Assembly (NCBI GenBank): GCA_965644265.1
Contig: OZ286472.1
Coordinates: forward strand, 24,676,001 to 24,740,000
Length of the DNA stretch: 64,000 nt
Reading direction: 5' to 3'
Origin: Glycera tridactyla
Lineage: Eukaryota
The notes under the pieces were generated by a model. The model was not told the origin of the DNA. It did not search any database and saw nothing but the letters and a program-made list of their open reading frames with translations. The translations under genes were made by a program, and so were the position numbers. Position 1 is the first letter of the stretch. Each line of letters begins with the position of its first letter. Of this stretch, positions 50,706-64,000 are shown in pieces.

Positions 50706-53700
50706 GTAAGTAGATTTCACTCTTTACTTATCACTTCAAACTTACCCCCATAAAATGAATTTATTGAATTCCTCTCACGATTTGAGAACAAATAAAGCAG
50801 GATTTATACCTCTGTAGGTGGATAACACAAGAAATTGAGCTGAACATCTAAATTTTAACATTGATTTTATGCAGTGTCTGTATTCATATTACTTGCTAAT
50901 GTTCCTGAGCATAAGGCCCTGACTGATGAAACCAGCATTCTATTGAAAAGGATTTTCAGATATACTCAGTGAGGTCAATTTAAAAAAAAAATTGGAATAC
51001 AGAAAATTATGACACATCCGAATTCAGAAATCACAGAAAATTCACTGGATGTATCAGAACAGATACTTTTGAGATTATGTGAGGGCAGTTTCAGGAATTC
51101 TGATCACATTTCAAAAAACCTATCTTCATCTGATTGACATCACTGTATCCTTATGCTGAGTTGGTTGCAAGTATGTGAATGGTGAACAAATTGGTAATCA
51201 GTGGCATATGGGGAAAGAGCACAGCACACCCTGGTGGTGTTCTCCTGAACCAATGACAGTGACCTCCTGCATGACCTTGTCTGGCAGCCATATTGTGGGT
51301 GGGCTGCAGCCAGATAGCCATTTGAAAAAGGAGAACTTCTTCATTGTATCTGGAATTGGTTCCATGTTAACAAATAGGTAGGTGTTTTCATAGATCATGG
51401 AGAAATATTGTTTTTGAAGGAGTACAAAGTATTGAGGTCATATTTTCGGTTCAGATAAGCAACTGGGCTGATGGCTCACAGAATATTTGTTGACCTATAT
51501 GCTCAAAGTTAGATGGGGAAGGGGGCGTGGGGTTGCTTGAAGATGAAGAAACAGTCGTGCTTTCGAAAATAGTCAGATATCAAAGCCTTTTGAATCGGCA
51601 ATTCAGAACATGGTGTGTGGGAATATAGTTTGTGGGAGAGTTGACATTTCCTGAATTCATCACAATTCACATGAAGACAAGCCTTAATCATTGTATGAAA
51701 TATATTGCAAAAATTGAAATTTGAAAAATCCTTGAAACAGGCCAAAATGCAGAGGTTTCAGGAAACCCGGTCACATTTCAGATTACCTGCCATTTGACAC
51801 ACTGGTGTTCACTTATGTATTTTGAAGATGAATTTTCATAAAAATGATTGATCACCAGAGTGTGAAATTGCCACAGTGTGATGATAATCAATTGAATATC
51901 TTCTCTGTCAAGCTTTGCAAATGACACTGGCCCTGCCATAATTATGCACACTTTGGATCAGTTTTCGAAATTGATCTCAATCAACACAGATTGTATTCCC
52001 CATGTTCAGTGTTGTTTCTTAATTTCCATGTATTGTTGGTGCGCCCGGGCTCTTGTCCCACATTTTTGCGTTTTCGACCCATTGATATTGGCTACTATGG
52101 GTCCACTGGTACAGCTTTATTGTCACTACATGTATTAACTTTTGATAAATGGGAGAGTGCTCATCATTCTGAGTCATGGCCTACCTAGGCTATGGTATCT
52201 CTAGGTCATGGGCCATATGGGCCCACTCACCGGTCTGAAGATCTGAAGCTCTGATGTACAATGTTGTTCTAGATGATCTTTGCTGAGTCTGTGAGAGATT
52301 TGCTTGCAGGATACGAAGCATTCATCTCTCAAAGACCTGGAATACAGTGTATTGATGGGTTGAAATGTGCTAGTTCAAATCTTTGTGCCTTGCATATGTG
52401 GCACTTCACTCATCATGGTAGACCGGAATAGCAGCGAATATCATCGGAATAGCATTAAATATCATCGTGGGTGTAATTGGAATCAGAGATGGTTGAGAAT
52501 AAACAAATCCCCATTGTTTTGGGAATTCGGGGCAAATAAACTCTGAATGTTTTCAGAGGCTCTGATTTGCTGTGGCTCCAGCGGGAGGTCGAAGTGACTC
52601 TCCAACAAGGTCATCCTCTCTTTTGACCTCCACAACAGCTGTTCGAGGTCAATCTATCAGGGACAGGTTTGGCTGAGAGACAATTGTAGCATTTTGTCAC
52701 TAATCTTGAAACAATCTTGCATTCATCCAGTCATTACCTTGTCGGCAAATTGTCAGCAATCCATAGACATACTTGCAAGCTCGTCTTCAACTGTCGATGA
52801 AGTCACCCCTATCGATTTCTTATGATTTGTGATAGTTCCGTCACCTGGGTCGACAGATTGTTGACAATTTTCGGCTTGTACCCCGGAAGCTTGCTACAAC
52901 TTATCAGTCAAACTCCTAGATTGCCTCATTGGCAGCTGCTTGAAGTCAGCTAGCATCCTCTCTAGTTGGGCAAATTTATACCTTTATGACATCACGGGTT
53001 GTTGACATGGCGTAGCAATTTGATTACCTCACTGGGGAACCAGCAACACTGATGATGTAGGTGATCCGGTCATGAGGGAACTGCATGTAGCGTGCCATCT
53101 AAATCTCTTTCTGCCTCATTGAAAGCCATTTTTTGATTCAATCAGTTCTTTGATGATTACACAGAGGCAAACAGTAAAATTGTTGCAGTAGATCTAAATG
53201 GACGTCTCTCACACTTCCAGCTCAAGTTCAAAGAGTTCTGCCGCATACACTATTCAAGAACCTTCCAATCTCTCTAATCTAAATCTCTGGAAAGATAAGT
53301 GTCAACTTCTGTGATTTAAAATGTATTTTGATGGAGCAAGATCAACATGTATATTGTTACATTAGTTGGTCTGACAATGTTAATGAATCAAATCACAATA
53401 TTCTACAAGTTGGCCTAACAGATTAAGTGTTCTATGTGTATTGATATTGTATGATGACTTTCAGAATTTAGTTACAATGATCAAGTAATCCCATTTTATC
53501 ATTCATTCAGTTGCTTGTCTCTCAGTGTCTGCATGGAAGACTACCATGTGATCCTTCTCACAATTACTGTTTCAAAGATAGAATGACCCTTGTTCTTCCA
53601 AACTAAATACCTAATTTTTGCAGGACAAGCATGGAAGGTTCAAGGTACCCTGCTTATATAGGATTGCAAATGAATGAATAGTAACTGATTAGACATGAAA

Positions 53701-55572
53701 GTAACAAGTTATTTGAAGCCAAAATTGTGGAAAAAGCTAAACATGACGGTTGGTTATGAATGCTATTTTGTATGAGCTGTCAGACTGCATATATCACTGC
53801 TGAAATTAGGGTAGAAAGGTTTGGTTTGCCAGGATTCATGAACAGACAGAGAAATACCTCAGGCACATACTATTCTATCCTTGAGATAAAAGAAGAAATG
53901 GCCAGGATGATCTATCAGTGATTGTTTGGTCGTTTTTGGCAATATCATTAGCCAAAAATATAGGGTAAACATAGAGAATTCCATTCCTTTTCATCATTAA
54001 TATAACTTTCATCTGACAGTTCTAACCACCCAGACCGCCATTCAATGGGCCATTGTCTAAAAATAAGTTGTAGTGGTAGAAGTATGCTGGTAGTAGATGC
54101 TGTGGGGGCAACCATCTCCCTCGGTAACAGCTCTGCTTAGCAACACCCTAAACAGGATCAAAGGGCGCGGCAAGTCTAGCAAGTATGGAGGAGATGGTGT
54201 TTACCAAACAGTTGTCATTCATCATCGAGCTACAGCATACTTGACTACATGTAATTTGAAGTACACACAGGAGCAAAGAATTCCACCTGGAACTCATGGC
54301 TGAGAGAGCAACTAATAAGAGAGTGTTAAATTCTCAATATATTTTGATTAAATGCTTCATGTAACACCATGAACGCATCTTTGGTATGCTGCGTTTTTAG
54401 AGCCATTTCACTTTACTTTTGATTCAAGGAGCAAAGAAGAGTTGCCAAACACGACTATTTTGCGGTAGCAACTACTCATTTTAGTCCCAAAGATTTTTTC
54501 TTATCATCTCATTTCAATTACTGGCAATAGTACTCTTCTTAATTGTCCATCACAGGTTGGCATCCCTGGCTAAGAATTCCACCTGGATCTTATGGATTGG
54601 GGAGCTAATAACATGAGACTATAATATTTGAAATTCTCAATCCATTTTCATAGACACATTGACTAGACATGTTATCTACGTGAACCACAGTGAACTCAAT
54701 TTTGTAAGCTGCCTTTTTGAAAGCCATCATTGATGTCTTCATGCTGTGATGGTTACACAAAGGCAAACAGTAAAGGAGCACCTTTCTCCATATTTGGGGT
54801 GATCTCAGAAATGTCCGATACAGATGTGAAGGTGTGCACAATGACTTCATTTTCTCATATCCTGTCTTTTTGAATGTCATCAGATTTGACTGCATCAATT
54901 TTGATGTACACATAGTAGCAAAGCATTCCACCTGGATTGTACGGATGAGGGAGCAACTCACGCAAAATTTTCAAAGTGAAAATTCTCAATACATTTACAT
55001 AAATTCAAACACATGGATTAGACATGTTATTTATGTAAAACACAATGAACTCAATTCTGTAAGCTGCCTTTTTGAAGGCCATTATTGATGTTTTCATGCT
55101 GTGATGGATACACAAAGGCAAACAGTGAAGAGGCACCCAACTCTATTTTGGGGTGATCCCAGTATTCTCGAACACGGAGATGAAGGTGTGTACAATGTCT
55201 TCATTATCCATTCTCACTCAGCCCTTATGATGTTGCTTTGCACCTTCTTGAGTTCTGATTGTGAAAAGTAGCTGCAATCTCAATCAAGAGTTTCAGAACA
55301 ATTTGCTCCATCTAATTGGCATTGCTGCATCTTGATTACCATGCCTACTTGCTTGAATCTCAAGGTCATTTCAGAGATAGATGTTTACAGGAGTGCATTT
55401 ACTGTTACAGCTGTAGCTTCAAGAACTTGAGCCTGCTGGACCGTGGAATCGAGAATGGGTCTTGGAGTGTGATCTCCTCATGGACCGGTAATCAATGTGT
55501 GTTGAGAAATTTGACCATGTGTTTGTTATCATTGATTGATGGATAATAATCAGAAATTTTTATTCGTTGTAG

Positions 55573-55707
55573 GGATCACCAGGTCCCCTTGGACCAGAGG
55601 GACCAATTGGTAACCCAGGTTTTCCAGGGCCTGAGGGTTTGCCTGGACCAAAAGGACAGAAAGGACAACAAGGTGTGGATGGACCACGTGGGCCAAAGGG
55701 AGACCGG
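55573..55707 (+). CDS. COL4A2: Collagen IV alpha2-type, coding exon 4 ([10 protein letters not shown]...GPKGDR)
   Basis: 135 nt, 15 perfect Gly-X-Y triplets, TTGTAG acceptor, GTGAGT donor. Confidence 0.96.
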
Positions 55708-56754
55708 GTGAGTGCAATTTCTTACATCACACTTGTTTCAAAGAGAATTAATTGTTCTGTTTACTGCAGCAGGGTTCATACATACATCATAATTGTAATT
55801 ATTATGGGGGCTGTCTCTCAAAGCTTTCACAGTACATGTTTACATTTCCTCAGCTTATGGCTACTTTGCTGTTGATATCATGTTGCCATTTGCTGAAGTG
55901 ATTGAAGTTTGAAGAGGAGCATCTAGTTTTCAGCAGCGATAAGAAATTGCGCTGTTTCATGTCTCTTTCTAACATGCTGCTTTATCTGGAAAAAGGATTC
56001 AATCATTTCCTAACAATGAGATTATATTCAAAAATATTGATGGCAGTGAGTTCCTCTGTCCCAGCCAAGTGTAGGGTCAAAGCTCACATTCAAACTTTAC
56101 AGGGTAATACCAGTTAAATGAGATATATTGATCATTCATAGATGGTGATGGCGATCACTTCATGAACATTGCAATTGTGATGCAAATGCTCAATTGATTA
56201 CAGATAGTTATTACTTTGTGAACATTGTGATGTGAATGCTCAGAGTTGATAACATTATCTTTACTACTGCTACAAACTCTGAGGACATCTCTAAATGCTC
56301 GATTCCACTTGATATAACTGCATATTTGAACCTCATGAGGTAATATTAGTTGAATAAGATATATTGATAGATGGTGCTTGTTATTGATATTGTTGTTGCT
56401 GTTGTTTTTTGTTGTGGTTGTATTCTCTACACTCTTTATAGCAACATAGTCCCTTAGTATGCTTCACAAATGAGTCAGATATCGTAGAGTACTCGTCACT
56501 GTACTGATGAACATTGAGGCAGTGGTGCACTGTTAGACACCCCAGTGAGTGACCTCAATGAATCAGCACTCCTCATGCGGGATGTCTGTCGTTGTTGTGT
56601 CTTGCGGGATGATTGCTATCACTTGTGAGCATTGCATTTGTGACACCCAGAGGGATTATTCCTTTCTCTGCTACTCAGAATCACCTCTTGTTGTAGCGGC
56701 ACTTCAATTTTCTCATGTATCATGTGTATTCTGACTTTTTTGTGTCTGTTTCAG

Positions 56755-56799
56755 GGCAAAATGGGGATGCCCGGGTTCCCTGGTGTCAACGGTATTCCA
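56755..56799 (+). CDS. COL4A2: Collagen IV alpha2-type, coding exon 5 (GKMGMPGFPGVNGIP)
   Basis: 45 nt, TTTCAG/GTAAGT; matches the alpha2-type GFPGxxGIP segment. Confidence 0.96.
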
Positions 56800-57184
56800 G
56801 TAAGTATCATCATCATATTTCTACATCCAACATCAATATTATACATCAAACTCAAATTCATATGTACTCGAGGAAGCAATGAATGGTTGAGAGCAAAAAC
56901 TAGAAGAATGCCATTGAAATTCCTCTCAGATAATTAAACGTACCATGGATGAACTTCCAGTAACTGAACTATCATATCCAGCCATTATTTCATGTGAAAT
57001 GAAAGTTTTGTATTGCTTGATCACACATGTAACATTAACTGTACTCAAACAGGCTAAATCAAAGCAGCATCTTACACAGATGCATTGTGATTTTAGTACA
57101 GCACTTGAACTGGTAACAGTGAACTTGTTCAGTACCCATTCTAACTCAAATATTTACCATCAATCTCTTTTTGCCATTTTTCAG

Positions 57185-57247
57185 GGTTTACCCGGACCTA
57201 CCGGACCGAGAGGTGCACCCGGCTTGGATGGGTGTAACGGTACTCAG
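57185..57247 (+). CDS. COL4A2: Collagen IV alpha2-type, coding exon 6 (GLPGPTGPRGAPGLDGCNGTQ)
   Basis: 63 nt, TTTCAG/GTGAGC; carries the diagnostic 7S motif GCNGT (Cys plus N-glycosylation sequon). DGCNGTQ is alpha2-type. Confidence 0.97.
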
Positions 57248-60200
57248 GTGAGCATTTTGTTACATTTTGGGCTCGGTTAGGGTACTACATGGGTCACTTG
57301 AGGCATCCCCTGAGCATTTCATATTTGCCTTTTGGACTTCGATATGCATCTTGGTAACTTCTGGTGGGTTTGAATTCAGGGAAAACCCAATAATGCTCAG
57401 ATACACATGAGAGGGTAATTGTCATTTGTCAAGATAGATGATGTCTAGCATGTTTATTCGATATTCTGGAGCTAAAAATATCAATATTGGATGAGATATA
57501 AATGGGCTGCTAAGGATGCAGTTGTATGTAATCATGAAAAAAATCTTAATTACATCAAAACTCATAATTGTAACTCAAAGCTGATGCTTCTATGAATTCA
57601 GTTCATTTTGGTCACCCCATTAGGAAATATTTCTCTGCCTTAATAACATGAAATAGCCCTCATATTGATGGCTTCGATGATCACCAAGTGGATTGCTTGA
57701 AAGATGGATAGTAATTTGAGTATCATTTCTAAAAGGGGGTTTCATATAGAGTACCACATTTTGAATTTGGTTGAGTTGTACATTTCATTGAAGTGAAGGT
57801 CTTCTTGTGACAGGTAGGATCTTTGTTGATGACTAACACAAAATATATGCAGATGTTTTGAAATAGCAGAATCAAGTATTCCCGATTCTAAATCCATTAA
57901 GAATTTTTTGTTGGGTAGCACCAATGATGTCAGCCCTTCAAGAAAATTCAAATTAGAAAATTATACAGTTTTAACTACAAATTGCTGGAATATAGCCGAA
58001 GTTCCTAAGCAATATTTCTTGGATTATGTAAGGGTATCAACTAAAAAGTTGATCTTTTTCAGGAAATAATGGATGAATTGCACTGACATCATTGTAACAC
58101 AGTCCATTCTGTCCTAAGTGACCAACAGAACCTTTCAGAATGTTGGTCTTTCTATGAGAGTGGTCTCTTTATACAGTCTAGTGTCTTTAGGGGTTTATCC
58201 TTAGGGTATGTGTGCATACCATCCTGTGACTGGTACTTATAATTGCTATTGCTAACTTGGAACCCACACTAAGTGTGGGTTAAAGTTGACTTCAATGGAA
58301 TGGTCCTTCACTTTGATTGGATGGTCAAATGCCTATCATATGTGAGGGACCACCTGTCTGAATAAACCACTTACTACCAATGGTAACCGCTTAGGACAGG
58401 TTCGACCATGCATGACTGTGTGTTGCTGAAATAGTAATAGGCACTAATAATAGATAGGAGTATATGTGTGCTTTTGTAAGTAATTAAATATATGTGAAAG
58501 CTAGCTGATATCAATTCACAACAAAACTGTCATTTGGATATAAATCTCATGTGTTACGTTAGGGAGGCGTCATCATATATCCACATAGTAACACATGGGT
58601 ACAGTCAAACATCAAATGATATTAGGTGAAGTTTTTTCAAATGTATCCAGACTTCAAATAACAAAATCTGGTTTGCTAATCTCCTCCAATAAACACTGTT
58701 GTATTTTACTAAAACAGAAACAATCATCCTTGAAAATTTTGCTAAGAGGATATCATCCCCTCATGGACTTCTAGAAAATGTCTCAATGTAGTACATTTGT
58801 GACATCAACTGAGATACTGAAGATCTAACAAAAGACAGTAAAACAAATGAAGTCTCAAGTCTTATCTTAGAGATGGATAGGATAATTTCATCACAACACA
58901 GGAATAATGTACATGATCTGCGACAGGCTTGTCGCTACTGGCTTCTAAACAAATCTTTTTCTTAAAAGTGACACACATTCAACATTCAGAACCATCTGAA
59001 TTATTTCAGTGAAGTGCTTGTGCCATGGCTCTGTGCATTGTGAAGCTGCAGCATTTAGTCAAGACATTGTGTACATGCATGTGAATACAAATAAAATGAA
59101 GCTTGTGCAATTGCTCTTTATTTCAAGATGGGAAATATAGAAGCAATGGGAAAATTGAATGTGAGGGTAACAGATATGAGATTATAACATTTTCTTCCCA
59201 ATCTCCATCTCAAATTAATGGGGTTATGCACTTGGCAGTCCATGATGGGAAGATTTTGTTATCTTCCGACAGTAAGCACCTTGTGCTCAGTTCTGCTGCT
59301 TTCTTCATGCAGCTTTACATGCACACATATCTAAACTTTATCTTGTATAGTATACGTGAATTGCCCGATCTGACCTTTAAAGTTACCACATTATTTCATA
59401 CCAAATACTTGACTTACTTACCTTTTGCTAGTTCCATGGTGAGAAAAGTACAAAAACACTTTCATCATTCCATAGCATTTTTGTCACAGATTTCTCCAAT
59501 TATTAGTAGATATCATCAACCAAAAATATATACATTTCTGTTGGAGTTACACTATAGGTATCACGACTAAAATCAGTACCCAATAATCTCTTTACCATTT
59601 GCCGTTGTTCAGTAATTGTTTTGGTTGGTTTTTATCAGTGTGATAGAGTGTTAAGAAAGCCTCTTAACCTGCACTAACAGCAGCCATTTACCAAATTCTG
59701 AATACTATGGAATATCCATTCATTGAAACTTTGAAGTCATACATACGGGAACAGTGATTATAGTTTGCAAAATTTTCATATCAAACAGTAAACCCGTTAT
59801 TTACCGGTAGTTGATTTGATCCATTTGGTTGAATTAACAGCCATCGATCATACTGTTGGAGTAATGATAACGTTTTTGAGGATGAATTTTCCATTTCACT
59901 TATAATACTGCTCATGACAAATTTAGAATTCCTTCATTTCATCATCAGAATTACCACCATTATTACTCTCGAAAATTAGCATCATCACTTTTTTGTCATC
60001 AAAGGCTGGCATCCTGAAATCAGAAAATTCGGTTGGATTTTAGGGGGTTCGTTGCCTGCCAACTTTGATAATTTGGGGGAATATCTGTGAAGAATATTTC
60101 CTGCTACCTCTATAAATAGTGCGGGAGATGTTGCTGATCTATTGTATTACAAAAGATTGTGTAGGATGTTTGATGACTATGAATAGTGTTGGCATGATGT

Positions 60201-60413
60201 GCAGTCTTTCGATGCTCATTACTTCATTTGTTATATAGTATATGAGCATTTTAGGTAATATGATACCTTGAAAGACAGCTCTGCCTATATGGATGTCTGT
60301 ACATGTTCACCATTTAGAGTAAATTCTACTTTTCCTTGACATCATGTTTCTCTTTTGCTTGGTTCACTTTCAGCATGCTGTAAATTCATCATTGTATTTA
60401 TTTATATTTTCAG

Positions 60414-60536
60414 GGTGAATCTGGCACACCGGGATTACCAGGACCCGTTGGACCCCCAGGTCGTCCCGGTCAGTCGGGCCTGCCTGGAGCTAAGGGAGAA
60501 CCGGGTCATGGAGGACCTGGAATCAAAGGACAAAAG
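60414..60536 (+). CDS. COL4A2: Collagen IV alpha2-type, coding exon 7 (GESGTPGLP...[14 protein letters not shown])
   Basis: 123 nt, TTTTCAG acceptor, GTCAGA donor; Gly-X-Y with one short interruption (GHG-GP-GIK). Confidence 0.93.
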
Positions 60537-61478
60537 GTCAGACTGATACACCATACATATACCAACTCTTACTAAAATACTGACCAAGATGCCAATCACC
60601 ATGATTGTGGAGTAGCAACTACTCTTTTTAGGCCATAGCTCTCGCATTTACAGGTGATCCTGCTCACAAATTTCGAGATTTCTCTTATCATCCCATTGCA
60701 AATACTGCGTTGCTACCCTTTGAAACTGGCACCACTACTATGTTTGCCTTTCGAAGGTCGGCGTCTATATTCTGATATAGATCCTCAGGGTTTCATTGAA
60801 TGTATTGACTGTTATTTCAAATGACAAAGGAACAAATCTGCATTTATTTTGGAATTAGTAGCATACTGTATGTATCAATTTGAATAATTTTCTGGAATCC
60901 AGACATATCACAGGATTTCACATTTTAAGCATCATTTCGGTAAGTACTGTTGAAATAGCATAGGACACTGGTTCAGCCATGCCAATTATTGATGGGGTCG
61001 GTGGAGATGACCCTCAATAGGAAAAAGATTTTGGACAATCAAATGCAGATGTCAGATGACAATTTAAGGTGAGTGAAGAATTTGTGATGTGATCTTTTTG
61101 ATCCATGGTTTCTGAACGAATACCAAGAGTAATTCAATATATATCTAGGCTATCATACTGTTTCATATCTGTTTCCTATCTCTAACAAATACACTTCCTT
61201 TATTTTTGTAATTGGTCACACCCTTCTATCACACATGTGTTGGAATCATGGTTTAATCATTCCTGACACAATCTCAATTTTTTTCAACATCATCACGTTT
61301 TTCTATATGGGTGGTTCTCAAAAATGCATGCTAACTGATTTTTGTTTACCTTGACCAATATTGGGAACCAATTTTGTTGAATGTATATCAGTAAATATAA
61401 AAGATTCCAGATTTGTTTGCTCATATATCTGCAGACTATTAAGAGTTGTGATTGATCCATCTTTTCGTTGTTTTGCAG

Positions 61479-61514
61479 GGAGAGGCTGGCAGAGATGGTA
61501 ATCCAGGACCACTG
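61479..61514 (+). CDS. COL4A2: Collagen IV alpha2-type, coding exon 8 (GEAGRDGNPGPL)
   Basis: 36 nt, TTTTGCAG/GTAGGT, four Gly-X-Y triplets. Confidence 0.92.
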
Positions 61515-62339
61515 GTAGGTCTCAGTATAGCTGCATGATGTTCATATTCAATAAAGATACCCGTACCTAACATTTTACAACCTGCAAGGATATATTGATT
61601 AAGTAATGTTATGCATCATTTCAAGCTGTACTAGATCATATAGGCTGAGGAGAGATAAATTAACTATCATCTGTAATGCCTAGATTATACTTTTACTGAT
61701 TAAAATTGCAGGTGCAGGAATACATACAGATTGATTGTTGATGGCAGTTGGCAGCGTATGTTCAGTTTTGAGCCCTTATTGAGGCATTATGATGCCTGCC
61801 AGAGCAGCAAGAGTGTTGCATCCATTCCATATTGAATGAACCAATTTTGAATGATTATTTGAAGAAATGTCCTTAGCAGTAACCACCATTCAATTAGCTT
61901 GGTGTCCAAATAAATGGGAATGGGCATGTTGGTTTGCAGCTGAATATCACACAATGATGTATTACCTCACAAATGAGGTCAGGATGAAACATTATCATGG
62001 CTTTCAGATGTATACAGTTGAAAATTGCATCTGGATGGGAGTGGATGGGGCCGAGAATGGGCTGGATGACTCATACTGGACAATGGCACAGATCCATTTT
62101 GATAGTCAAAGTGGCTAAAATCACTTATATTTTCCAATGAAGCTGCATTATTCCTATCTAGATTGGTGCATTTTGGCGCCTAATCTTGATGAGTGATACA
62201 TAGGCCCACTACAGGACAAATTGGCTCAGGAATGAACCAATGAACATTGTGTCTTCAGCCTGTAGTCTGGCCGGGGGTAAAAACTGTAGTATCAGCCCAC
62301 TTTGAGATGTTTTGAAATTTCGGTGTTGTGTTTTTGCAG

Positions 62340-62402
62340 GGTACTCCAGGTCGAGATGGTCAGTCAGGTATGAAGGGCGACCCAGGACCTCCCGGACCAC
62401 CA
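62340..62402 (+). CDS. COL4A2: Collagen IV alpha2-type, coding exon 9 (GTPGRDGQSGMKGDPGPPGPP); gene continues beyond window
   Basis: 63 nt, TTTTTGCAG/GTAAGT, seven Gly-X-Y triplets. Confidence 0.94.
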
Positions 62403-63384
62403 GTAAGTTGCATGATCTCTCCTACTCTTATTACTCATGATGAGCATGCTTATGACAGAAAAGAGCATTTTATGCTGATTATCTTGGACTTTAGATCATG
62501 AAAATCGGACCAGTATTAGTGGAGATAGAGCACATAGTTTATAAGCAGTCATAGTAGCCATTGGTTAGCAGTTATGGGGGTTTCTTGGTCCACGAAATCT
62601 TGGTGAAAAGTGGCTCCAGTCAGGTTTTCACGGTTTTTGGTTGTGAGATGATCACATCCCTGATTATAACAATATTCCATGAACATTATGAGTTGATTTC
62701 TTCTAGTACATCTCACAATGATGCCAGCCATTAAGATTTTGAAGCAACAATTACTCTTAGGGCTAATGTTTTGGCATTTCACTCATACCATATTACTTTG
62801 TAGACAGGTTACCTTTGTGAAGAGCTTGTTTATTGTGAAAGATACTTACTCTGTCACATCTCAAGGTGGTCCTTGTAGGCAGGTGGCCTTTGTATAAGGG
62901 TAGTCTATTGAGCAAGTTTCAGTGAAAATCGAACTTGCGGAACTTTCATTATGATCTTTCTTGGCTACTGCTGGATAGATCTTGCAGTATAAAATGGTTG
63001 TTCTGAAATATGAAGAATAGTTGGATGATAACAGAGGTCTATATTTGCACTATTCAATTTCCTGGATGAGACTATCTTTATGAGAAATTGTTTCTTGTCA
63101 GGAGGTTTTGAAGATAATTTGATTACTCTGAAAATTCACTGAAGCTCCCTTGTCTTACAGCTAATCAATTGAGAAGATGGGAAGAGTGAATAAAATTTAT
63201 GAAATATTTTGTATTCCCATAGCTCGAGATTCTGTATATAAACCAAATCTTCAATGTATCTCGTGCAGGTTACCACCTAGTCCCCATAATTTTGAATTTG
63301 TCGACACTCCTTATTTCCATATTATCTTCCAGTTCATTCCCGCTTTATATTCATAATGGAATAGCCCTTACTATTTTGACAACC

Positions 63385-63643
63385 TTGTTATAATGAATGA
63401 TATATTCACCAACAGCTGTCAGATGGATAAATTGTGAGTATACTTGAAATTCAATCTTCCAGGTGAAATGGAAAGAATTCAATCAAAAGGATTTTTTCTC
63501 TCATATATTTCCCTTTGTTATAATGAATGATATAATCACCAACAGCTGTCAGATGGATAAATTGTAAGTATACTTGAAAGTCCATCTTCCAGATGAATTG
63601 GAAAGAATTCATTCAAAAGGATTTTTCTCTCATTTATTTCCCT
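63385..63643. repeat. 130-bp tandem duplication
   Basis: TTGTTATAATGAATGATAT...TTTCCCT at 63385 and 63515, highly similar. Confidence 0.9.
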
Positions 63644-64000
63644 CTGTCACTAGTGTTGTTTGATATCCTGGTCATGTAAAAATGTGTTATGCCACTTGTT
63701 TCAGTATGGATGTTTTTTGTATCAAAAATTGTCCTAGACCTGGTGTACACAATCAGATTGATTATTTCAGATTCTTAGCTTTGACCCGTTTCTGCAGCCA
63801 TATTTTTAGGCTATCACATAGAGAATGGGAGGGGGATTGGAAGACAATTTAGGGATCAGGGTACAGGTGCTATGCAAGTCAGGATTCATAGGTTGGTTTC
63901 ATAGCCAGTCAGGAATATTCAAAAAAGTATCAGTATAAAAGTTCTCTAAATTTGGAATTAGGGGGTTCGAAAAAACTAAAAGATGAAGATAGGGTATGAG

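Noticed and set aside
55693-62384. KGD motifs in the collagen chain as integrin sites
   Set aside because: KGD arises readily in Gly-X-Y sequence and is constrained within the triple helix; no specific support.

Overview
Eukaryotic, intron- and repeat-rich genomic DNA from an invertebrate animal (probably a marine bilaterian; species not determinable), with six N gaps. No prokaryotic genes, CRISPR arrays, rRNA or intact tRNA were found. Almost all ORFs in the supplied track are spurious. Manual splicing recovers the 5' ends of a head-to-head type IV collagen gene pair. On the + strand an alpha2-type (COL4A2/4/6-like) gene has nine coding exons (19274-62402, 215 aa so far: signal peptide, Cys-rich 7S region with GLDGCNGTQ, start of the triple helix), a 31-kb intron, and continues past the right edge. 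On the - strand, an 84-nt signal-peptide exon (18250-18167) is best read as exon 1 of the alpha1-type partner; its next exon was not found in the window. The two start codons are separated by 1023 nt inside a CpG-rich island. The introns hold many non-autonomous DNA transposons (TA-flanked CAGT/CCGTA elements, CAGGG hAT-like elements), L2/CR1-type LINE 3' ends, probable SINE fragments, mini/microsatellites and old local duplications. I found no evidence of a wholly new biological system. The best leads are the collagen IV locus architecture and intron pattern, and several transposon-satellite relationships.
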